Positions 50,770 to 61,300 of a stretch of 64,000 nt of DNA are shown in pieces. A model generated the notes under the pieces. The model was not told where the DNA came from and searched no databases. It saw only the letters and a program-made list of their open reading frames with translations. Origin of the DNA: Nitrosopumilaceae archaeon (GTDB taxonomy: Archaea > Thermoproteota > Nitrososphaeria > Nitrososphaerales > Nitrosopumilaceae); contig CBDCCK010000002.1 of NCBI GenBank assembly GCA_965214835.1, positions 1,472,001-1,536,000 of the forward strand. Direction: 5' to 3'. A program made the position numbers and the translations under genes. Each line of letters opens with the position of its first letter. Positions within the stretch are counted from its first letter, which is position 1.

Positions 50770-51754
50770 ATGAGCGAATCCGAAGAAAACCAGATCAGGG
50801 CGGCCTTTATCTACAAGCCGTCATGGCCATACTATAACAAAAGCAACTCCATTAACAACAGGTACTATTTTTTCTTTCACGCCCTGAAAAGAAACAGGCA
50901 TCTGCAGATGGGCTATTTTCCCGCAGAACGGAGCTTTGATGCGGCAAAGCTCAGGGGCAGATATGACGTCATACTGTGCACCAACAGCGACATGAGCACG
51001 CCCCACCTGGAAAACGTCAGAAAGCTTGACATTCCGGTGATCGCCCATACGCACGATCCCCACCGTATAAGACATTGGGATCTGATTGGATTTCACGAAA
51101 AATGGAAGATCGACTGCTGTTTCAACTTTATGCCACGGAGCTACTTTTACAAGTACTTTCCAAGCAGCTTCAAATACAAGACGATAACATACGGCGTCGA
51201 GCCCGATTTGCCCAGGGGGCCTGCATTCAAAGACAGGAAGAAGGATCAGATCCTGCTCACCGGCAGGCTAGGGGGGGATGAAGATCATCAATTTGCTGAA
51301 AAATAGTGTTTTAAGACCCACGGAGGCCTATATCTGGCATCAGTATAAACTGAGGAGAAAATGCAAAAACCTGCCATATGTTGACTATTCGGGGCCGTGT
51401 GTGCACGGCGGACATCCGGACTTTATTACACACCTGTCACGGTACAGGGCAGCCATAGCTGCATCAAGGTACTTTCCCGCCGTCAAGTACTACGAGTCCA
51501 CGGCTGCCGGATGCCTGACATTCATGCAGGTCTCAGAGGAAAGCGACTGCGGACATCTGGGATTCCGTGACGGGGAGAACGCCGTGTTTATCGACTCTAA
51601 GAACTACAAAAAAAGGTTCGAAGAATACCTGGCCTCTCCGGATGATCCAAAGTGGGAGCAGATAGCGGCGCGCGGAAAAAGGCACACGTTGGAGAACCTC
51701 ACAAACGACAAGGCGGCCGAGTCCCTTGTGGATCTGATGAGGGAGATGCTTTGA
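50770..51754 (+). pseudogene. Second copy of the glycosyltransferase-like gene, same G7 frameshift (51271-51277)
   Basis: Inverted duplicate of 44386-45370. Confidence 0.7.
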
Positions 51755-51936
51755 GTCTCCGGCCTGCTTTTTTCAGCAGGCTCAAAAGCACCGCAAAGCT
51801 CCGAGGCTGAGAGGCGACTAATCAAAACCATACTGATGATCATTGAAAATTTCGCCTCACACGCTGCACTCAAGATACTTGTAGATGTCAATCTTGATGG
51901 AACACGTCCTAAAGTATTCTGAGGCGGCCATTTTGA

Positions 51937-52045
51937 GTAGCTGATCGGGCTCGAAGTGATTTATGATTTTAGGCACAAATTCTGTTTGATCGGCCTTCTT
52001 TGATGGTAAAATTCGTGCCTGAACTTCCAGAGCCCGACCTGTTAC
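51937..52045. mobile_element. MITE family B (outer end of the duplication)
   Basis: Reverse complement of 44095-44203. Confidence 0.85.
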
Positions 52046-52431
52046 TGCAGAAGACTGGCAGGATCGGACTCGGGTTCTCCGGCTGCATCTTCAATGAAGA
52101 CAGGGGATGCGATTCAGACGAGAGCGTAAGGCCCATCAGGGAATACGGAATGAAGCCGAACATCAGGATGAGAGCCGATGCCGTCCGCACCAAAATGAAG
52201 CGCAGAAGGGAGGCCGTCAGGACGTTTGGCCCCGAACCATACAAGACGCGCGGGATGATGGGGGGAATCTTTGGCGCAGAGGAGACAGGGAACCGCAGGC
52301 TGACGTGCCGGTTCATAAAGGCGCCTGCCCGCAGAAGGTTCGGCCTGTGCAAGGCCATGGGACGGAACCTCGAGGCGTCAAACAGGTTCGACTGCGCCGC
52401 AAGTCTCTGGATACCGGCGGAGGCAGCATGA
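52046..52431 (+). pseudogene. DDE (IS5/IS4-like) transposase C-terminal remnant
   Basis: EDRGCDS..IREYGMKPNIR...YKTRGMMGGIFG resembles degenerate DRGYDS and YxxRxxxE motifs. Confidence 0.5.
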
Positions 52432-52705
52432 GTGAATTAGGAAACAACCCCTGCGTCATGACACGAGCTGCATGCAGCAGCTTGATCTGATCAACACACC
52501 TGTGTTTGGAAAACCATGCGGAATTTTTAATCGCGGTCGATTGCGCATAAGGTCCAGTTGCCATACGGGGCAGGTCACGGTATGATGCGAGTCCGGATGG
52601 GATCGTCTCCGGTGGGAGATGGAGTCAGTCCTTACCGTATGCTGACTTGTGGTCACACACTCGTAGCAGTTCTATTGCTCCAGCTTGATATTGAATAAAG
52701 TATAT

Positions 52706-53906
52706 GTATGGGGTCACCTACCCCTGCCAATCAGGCACGAATTGATATCTATAGCAACGAGCATAAGTCTTTGAGCCAAAACAAGGTCATTCGAAAGGTA
52801 TAATGATCACGTAACTGGCGCAGTATGTATGACAAAAGAAACAGACATTCTGTCAGAGGCCATGCGCAAAGAAAAGGATGTCAAAGTCTACAAGAAGATC
52901 ATGGCGCTGATGTTTGTGCTAGAAGACGACATGGGCGTACCCGAGACTGCAAGAAAGATCCGGTGCAGTGAGAATTCCGTGCGCAACTGGCTGGCGAGGT
53001 TTTCGGAGGGCGGCATAGACGGTCTCCGGGATCTTCCCCGTTCCGGATGCAGACCAAAGGTGGACAGAGAAAGTATTGCAGCCATAATGGATCTGTCCAC
53101 TGCATGCAAAAGTACCGATGTCATGACGGTACGCGATGACATAAGGAATGCCACCGGGATAGAATACAGCATAGAGCATGTCCGAAGACTGATGTGCCAG
53201 CACGGCCTGTCGCGCCGCAAGGTGCAAAACATACATGTCAACCATGCCACCCCAAGCTCGGTATACTCGTGGCAGCGATACCTTGAAAACGTGCGGATTC
53301 CGTGCCTGAAAAACGACGGTTTTACGCTGGTGTCATCTGATGAGGCGTTCTTCGTGCAGGGCGCATACGACAGATACATGTGGGGTCCGGTCGGCACCAG
53401 AAGCGTGGCATCGTATTCGGGGGATCACACAAAGGTGGCCGTGTTTGGAAGCATCGCAGAAGACGGCAGAAGGCTATTCAGGACGTTTACGGGATCGTTT
53501 ACGTCGGTGCAGTTCATAGAATGTCTGGAGGCGCTGCGCATCAAGTTTGGCAAGGTTGCAGTCTTTTGTGATAGGTGGAGTGTGCACAGATCTACTGATG
53601 TCGCAGAATATCTGGCGGGCCATCCCGACGTCAGACTGATAATGATTCCGAAAGGATCGCCGTACCTCAATATCGTGGAAGAATGCTGGAACCTGGGCAA
53701 ACATTTTGTTTTCAGGGGGATAGTGTACAGAAGGATCAGCGAGCTGCGGCACACCATATCCGAATATTATAGGACGGTGTCATTTGCCCACCTTTGCATG
53801 TACAAGTACATTTACAGATCGCCGGTCAAAGCCCTCAATTACTTGTGACCGTTGCTATATGACTATGATTTTCACGCCTAGTCAACAGGGGGACGTGGCC
53901 ACATAC
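52706..53906. mobile_element. MITE family A with nested IS630
   Basis: GTATGGGGTCAC...TCTA [IS630] TATGAC...GTGGCCACATAC. Confidence 0.9.
52752..53857 (+). mobile_element. IS630-family element with single-ORF transposase 52829..53848
   Basis: Ends TAGCAAC / GTTGCTA, TA duplication; HTH, SDEAFF, CDRWSVH, SPYLNIVEECW. Confidence 0.92.
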
Positions 53907-54099
53907 AAGTATATGATTCTATGTTTGCGGCCCAACTCATAGGAAAACGTTCTCATTCCGGATTTGTATGTGCCAAGGGCAGACGGACTATCAGATGTTG
54001 CAAGGACGGTAATTGCATCATCTACACTCTGTCTTATTTTACTGTCCAGTTTTTTGTACTGCCTGATGAATCTTTCAGACCAGATTAACTCCCACATTC

Positions 54100-54237
54100 C
54101 TATACTCTGTGCAGTTCATCAAGCAGCTCTTGAAGGGTTCCTTTTTTGTGTCCTTCGGGATGGGCGTAAAACTCTTTGATGTCCCGTATCTCCTCGTCAG
54201 ACAATGGCGGGGATTCTAGCTGCTTTGTTCCAGACAT
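54100..54237 (-). CDS. Putative small antitoxin (45 aa)
   Basis: MSGTKQLESPPLSDEEIRDIKEFY...TLQELLDELHRV; ends 2 bp before the toxin ATG; TATA-like element upstream. Confidence 0.6.
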   Translation of the reverse strand: MSGTKQLESPPLSDEEIRDIKEFYAHPEGHKKGTLQELLDELHRV

Positions 54238-54419
54238 GCTTGTTGTTCCACTGGCATATAAAAAAAAGATTGTGCGTAGTGGTTCTGTGTAATCTTGGAC
54301 ACCTGAAATGTGGATCTTCTCCTGATTGAAAATTTTAGCCTAGACAGAGTCCTTGCTTAGGCCGGCGTTCTGGATTATCATCTTCCTCTTGTTTGTACCG
54401 TCCACGCTTATCAGGTTCG

Positions 54420-54903
54420 ATTCTGCCGGGAACCGGATCTGCCAGGTCGCGCCCGCTGCACGTGCCGCACCTGTCAGGCACGTGGCTCATTTCCCGGGTC
54501 GGGCGCCTCTTGTGTGATACGCCCTTGTGTCCGGGTTTTTGGCCCGGCCTTGCCGGTGCCCTGCCCGGTTCCCTTGCCGCAGTCGCCTTTTTCTGCCTGG
54601 TCGGTATCGAGTTCTCCGATGACGGGCTGTGCGGGTTCTCATAAAATTCGATGCGGTGTTTGAGCTGCTTGATTTGTGACGCCTGCATCTAGATTAGTGC
54701 GGCATCATCGGCCTGCCTTATGGCAGATGCCATCCTCTCCATATCAAGCTCCTCCTGCGTCTTCTGAAGCTCCGCCCTAGCGCAGGCCATCTCTTTGCTT
54801 AATGCATTGAATTCCGAGGCTGTAGGCATGTATTTTCTTGGTATTGATAGTTTATAGATCAGACGGTCACGAAAAATTAACTAGGCAGGGGCTATCCTAT
54901 TAC
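54420..54903 (-). pseudogene. IS66 left-end and N-terminal remnant
   Basis: Homologous to 26975-27433, including the end AACTAGGCAGGGGCTATCCT(A/G)TTAC. Confidence 0.85.
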
Positions 54904-55346
54904 GCTATTTTTAATAACCGCACCCGACTTGTCACTATAATGAATGTACTATGTGCTGTCATGCGGCAGGCAGTTCCTGTCAAATCCCTCGTGATTGGTG
55001 GTGGTGGGGTGGATCTAGCTGATTTAACCATGTCTGCACTATTTTTCTGTCAAAGACATGGTGATTGTAGGGTGGGGAGGAGGATCAGTCTTGGCCCCTA
55101 CGTCGCGGTGGCAGGATGGCCTCACCGGGACGGTCGTGACGCACTAGTACATGATCCGGACTCTGGCGGCATGGGGGCATGCACGCAGGAGGGCCATACT
55201 AGCACGGCTTGCAGGCGGCTTGTACGGGACGGCAAGCCGGGCGATACGGGCGGGAACCGCGCCAAGTCAGGGGGAGGTGGCCTGCCATAGTCCCAGCATG
55301 GCATCACCCATTCCATCGGGCCCCGGCAGGAATATCTTCCATACAC

Positions 55347-58300
55347 TTGGTGTTCATTGCGGCCGCCGTCCTAGGCCTTGCCGCCGCCGGGGCCCTGCAG
55401 GAGGGCGCATACGCGCAGCAGAGCGAGATCGCAGTAGTCGCCGTCGGCAATATGGGAGATAACAGTACCCTGCTGCTTGCCGGTGCCCACGGCGTGGATA
55501 CGTTCACGATAGGCAGCAACACCTACGCCGCAGTCGTCTCCGACCGTGAGCACGGCCTTCAGCTAGTCGACATTACGGATCCCGCCAGTCCGGTAGCGAC
55601 CGGGAATCTGGCAAACAACAACAACCTGCTGCTTCAAAGTGCTCGCGGTGTGGACGTCTTTACGATAGGCAGCAACACCTACGCCGCAGTAGCCTCCAAT
55701 CATAATGACGGCATCCAGATTGTAAACGTCACCGATCCCACCGACCCCACTGCTGCCGGGAATCTGGGGGATGGTGGCTCCAGAATTCTTAGAGGAGCCA
55801 ACGGCGTGGCAGTTTTCACACTGGGCAGCACGACCCATGCAGTAGTGGCAGCCTTCGACGACGACGGCATCCAGATTGTAAATGTAACCGATCCTGACAG
55901 CCTCAACGCAGATGGGAGACTGGGAAATAATCCCAGCAGGGAACTTGACGGCCCACGCGCTGTGGATATATTCACGATAGCCAGCAACACCTACGCCATA
56001 GTCGCCTCCGACGCAGACGACGGCATCCAGATTGTAAATGTAACCGATCCAGACAATCCCGACGCCGTAGGTCGCCTGCGGGATAGCGGCTCTAGGAATC
56101 TTGACAACACACGTGGAGTGGACGTCTTTGAGATAGGCAGCAGTACCTACGCCGCAGTTACCTCCCGCTTTGATGGCATCCAGATTGTAAATGTCACCGA
56201 TCCTACCAGTCCGACTGCCGAAGGTAGTCTGGATGATACGACCTCCACGCTACTTGCTGAAGCTCGCGGCGTGGACGTCTTTGAGATAGGCAGCAACACC
56301 TACGCCGCAGTTGCCTCAGATGGAGAAGACGGCATCCAGATTGTAAACGTCACCGATCCTACCAGTCTGACCGCCGAGGGCAGTCTGGCTGATACGGAAT
56401 CCACACTACTTGACGGCATCCAGGATGTAGATGTCTTCAAAATAGGCACCAACACCTACGCCGCAGTGGTATCCGGCAACGATAACGGTCTCCAGATACT
56501 GTGGTTGGGGGCGGCAGCAGATGCTCCCAACAGCCCGCCTGTGGCACCTGCTACGACGGCCACCACTGCAGAGGATACGCCCGTTACCATAACGCCTGCA
56601 ATATCGGATCCCGACACATCGGACACACCGGTGATATCGGCAGTCGATAACCCGCCCAACGGGACTGCCACACATGACGATGATACCATAACCTACACTC
56701 CCGATACAGACTATGACGGTACGGACGCCTTTACATACACGGTATCTGACGGAACGGACACGGCGCAGGGCACGATAACTGTAACTATAACGCGCGACAA
56801 CAACGACCCCGTCCTCGGTACGATAGGAGACCAGAACGCGACGCCAGACACACAGCTGAGCATAACGCCCACGGTAACTGATGCCGACACAACTGACACG
56901 CACAGGTATTCGATATCGCGCGGCACACTGCCGGCAGCTGCCGCATTCAATACCTCTGATGGTAGCATCACCTGGACGCCTGTTCAGTCAGATGCCGGGC
57001 AGACCCACACGGTCACCATAACGGTAAGTGACGGCCGCGGCGGCACCGACTCGCAGACCTTTGATATCACCGTGGCCTCCTTGAATGTGATCGAGGTGGC
57101 CCCCGTAGGAAATCTCAAGGATGGCGGCTCCCTACTGCTTGATACGTCCACAAGCGTGGCCGTCTTTGAAATAACCGATGGCGGGAACACCAACACCTAC
57201 GCCGCAGTGACCTCCTTTGCCGACAACGGCCTCCAGATTGTGGACGTCACGAACCCGGCCCAGCCGAGGGCAGTCGGAAACCTGGAAGACACCGAGCCTG
57301 CAAACCCGGGTGAGGACGAACTGCTGCTTGACGGTGCCTTTGGCGTAGACGTCTTCACGACAGGCGGCAAGACATATGCTGCAGTCGCATCCTCCAATGA
57401 CGGCGGCCTCCAGATTGTGGACGTCACTGACCCCGCCAGTCCCGCCGCCGCAGGAAGCCTAGCCGATAACAACACCCTGCTGCTTGACGGCGCCTCCCGC
57501 GTGAAGGTCTTCACGATAGGCGCCAACACCTACGCCGCAGTCACCTCCTCCTTTGCCGACAGCGGCCTCCAGATTGTGGACGTCACCGACCCGTCCGCCC
57601 CGGCAGCCGCCGGAAACCTGGAGGACGACAACGACCTGCTGCTTGCCGACACCCAATACGTAGACATCTTTGAAACAAACAGCAGAACCTACACCGCAGT
57701 GGCCTCCGAATCAGACAGCGGTCTCCAGATTGTGGACGTCACCGACCCATCCGCCCCGGCAGCCGCCGGAAACCTAGAGGATGACGGCTCCAGGCTGCTT
57801 GACAGCGCCCACGGCGTGGATGTCTTTACGATTGGACAAAGAACATACGCGGCGGTGACAAGTGGCGGTGACGACGGCCTCCAGATTGTGGACGTCACCA
57901 ACCCGTCCGCCCCGGCAGCCGCCGGAAACCTGGAGGATGACAACTCCCTGAAGCTTGGAAACGCCTATGGAGTGGACGTCTTTACGATAGGCGCCAACAC
58001 CTACGCCATAGTCGCATCCTTTGCCGACGACGGCCTCCAGATTGCAGACATAACCGATCCCGACAATCCGAAAGCGGCCGGGCAGCTGGAGGACACCAGC
58101 GATCTGTTGCTTGCTACCGCCTTTGACGTGGACGTCTTTACAATAAATGCCGCCACCTATGCGGTGGCAACAGCCAGGGACGACCATGGAATCCAGATAG
58201 TGAGGCTGGATGCGGCAGATGCCACAAACGCCCCGCCGGTGGCACCCGCCGAGACGGCTACCACGCCAGAGGACACGCCCGTGACCATAACGCCTGCCAT

Positions 58301-61300
58301 TTCGGATCCCAACGTATCGGACACACCGGTAATATCGGCAGTCGATGATCCGCCAAACGGGACTGCCACACATGATGATACTACGATAACGTATACGCCT
58401 GATCAGGACTATAACGGAACAGATACCTTCGGATATACGGTATCTGATGGAACAGACACGACACAGGGCACGATAACTGTAACCGTAACGCGCGACAACA
58501 ATAACCCCGTCCTAGAGAAAATAGGCAAGCAAACCGTGGTGGCCGGTGCACAGCTGAGCATAACGCCCACGGTGACTGACGCCGATCCGACCGATACGCA
58601 CACGTATTCCATTCGGATCAAGGATGGCACGCTTCCAGTATCTGCAATATTCACGTCATCTGACGGGAGCCTCGTCTGGACGCCGGCTCCGTCCGATGCA
58701 GGAACCTACAAGGTTACCATAACCGTAGATGACGGCCGCGGAGGCAGAGGCTTGACGGCCTTTGACATAACAGTGACCCCCGCGGATCCGATCGCGGTTA
58801 CCCCCGTCGGGAGTCTGGGAGATAACAGCACCTTGGAGCTTGACAATGCTCGCAATGTGGATATCTTCACGATAGGCACCAAGACCTATGCCGTAGTGGT
58901 CTCCAACGCAGACGACGGCCTCCAGATCGTGGACGTCACCGATCCCGACAACCCGGCAGCGGCAGGCAAGCTGGAGGACACCGAGCCGGACGGACTACTG
59001 CTTGACGGCGCCTACAACGTGGACGTCTTTACGACAGGCGGCAAGACCTACGCCGCAATAGCCGCCTCCTATTCAGACCACGGCCTCCAGGTTGTAGATG
59101 TCACCGATCCCGACAACCCGGCAGCGGCAGGCAATCTGGAGGACAACGAGGATGCAGATGAACTGCTGCTCCGCGGCGCCCAAGGTGTGGATGTCTTTAC
59201 GATAGGCGCCAAGACCTACGCGGTGGTGGCAGCCAACGCAGACGACGGCCTCCAGATTGTAGATCTCACCAATCCTGCCAGTCCTACTGCCGTAGGGAAG
59301 ATGCACAATACGACCGCCCCGCTACTTGACGGCATCTACGACGTGAGCGCCTTCACGATAGACAGCAACACCTACGCCGCAGTGGCCTCATTTACTAGAA
59401 ACGGCCTCCAGATTGTAGATCTCACCAATCCTGCCAATCCGACTGCTGCCGGGAATCTGGTCGATGACGGTTCTAGGGAGCTTGACGGTGCCAGAGGCGT
59501 GGATATATTTACGATAGACAGCAACACCTACGCCGCAGTGGCCTCCATTGACGACGATGGTCTCCAGATCGTGAACGTCACCGATCCCGACAATCCGACT
59601 GCCGCCGGGAATCTGGTCGATGACGGTTCTAGGGAGCTTGACGGCGCCTCTGACGTGGATATATTTACGATAGACAGCAACACCTACGCCGCAGTGGCCT
59701 CACAGCACGACGATGGTCTCCAGATCGTGAACGTCACCGATCCCGACAATCCGACTGCCGCCGGGAAGCTGGGAGATAGAGGCTCCCGGGAGCTTAACGG
59801 CGCCCACGGCGTGTCAGTCTTTACGATAGGAACCAAGACCTACGCCGCAGTGGCCTCCTACTTAGACGACGGCCTCCAGATAGTGGAGCTGTCAGTAACA
59901 GATGATGTAAGACCCGAGTTCGCATCCGCTACCCTGGACGTGGACTTGGGTGTCATGACGGTCACCTTCAGCGAGACCGTGGACGTCTCGGCTACCAGCC
60001 TGTCCCTGCTGTACGTCAGTGATACAAACGAGACAAACACCGTCTCACTGGCCGGCGCCGACTTTGATGATGCCGCGGCCGATTCAGATACCATACAAAT
60101 AGATCTTGCAAGCTCACAACGGGCAGCGATCGATCTGATGACGACCCCGCAGCTCGACATCGCCGCAGGTGCCGTATCTGACCTGTCTAGAAACCTGATA
60201 GACGCCGCGGCCGACAACACGATCACGACGGCCAGCCCGGACAGCCCGATACCCTCCGGAAGGCTGCCTGACAGTGCAAGTCTGATACTTGAAAAGTCCC
60301 GCAGCGTGGATACCTTTACAATAGGAAGCAATGTCTACGCCGTCGCCGTCTCCAACGCCGAGGACGGATTCCAGATTGTCGACATCAGCAGGCCCGACAA
60401 ACCCAGGGGCCTCGGCAATCTGGTAGATTCTAACCTGCCTCAACGGCTGCTTGACGGCGCCCGCGGCGTGGCAACCTTCACTGCAGGCGGCAAGACCTAC
60501 GCGGCAATAGCCTCCCATGCCGACGACGGCATCCAGGTATTCAGCGTCTCGGATCTTGCGCATCCGCAGTCTGCCGGAAGGCTGGAAGATAACGGCTTCC
60601 GCCTGCTTGATGGCGCCACCGGCGTAACCACCTTTACGATAGGCAGCAACACCTACGCGGCAGTCACCTCACAGCACGACGGCGGCCTCCAGCTTGTAAA
60701 TGTCACCGATCCCAGCAGTCTGACGGCACCCGGAAGGCTGGAAGACGGCGGCTCCAGACTGCTTGCTGATACCTCCTCTGTGGACACCTTCAAGAGGGGC
60801 GGCTCTACATATGCAGTAGTGGCCTCGTGGGGAGATGACGGCCTTGAGATCATAGACGTCAGCAACCCGTCCAGTCCTGCAGAGACGGGACGGCTGGCAG
60901 ACGACAGTGACATGCTACTCAGGGGAATCCGCGCCGTGGATGCCTTCGAGGCGGGAGGCTCTGCATACGTGGCAGTGGCGTCACATGGTGAAAACGGCCT
61001 CCAGATCGTGGACGTCTCGGATCCTGCCAATCCGTCACCTGCCGGAAAGCTGGCAGACGGCGGCGACCGGCTGCTTGGCGGGGCCAGCGGCGTGGAGATA
61101 TTCTGGGTGGGCCAGGCCGTCTACGCCGCAGTGGCCTCCCAGTCTGATGACGGCCTCCAGATCGTGGACGTCTCGGATCCGGATAATCCTGCAGAGGCCG
61201 GATCCCTGAGGGACGGCCCGAGACTATCGCTTGATGCGGCCCGAGATCTGTCCGTGTTCACCCGCGGTGGGGCCCAGTACGCCGTGGTGGCCTCTGACAC

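Larger units (their letters stand above)
52625..54097 (-). pseudogene. RelE/ParE-family toxin split by MITE A carrying IS630
   Basis: Rejoined: MWELIWSERFIRQYKKLD...KHRIIY|FIQYQAGAIELLRVCDHKSAYGKD*; TSD AAGTATAT at 52698-52705 and 53907-53914. Confidence 0.82.

Noticed and set aside
50626-52045. Composite transposon bounded by MITE A and MITE B
   Set aside because: The flanks (AACGTAAC versus TGCAGAAG) show no target duplication; kept only as a duplication finding
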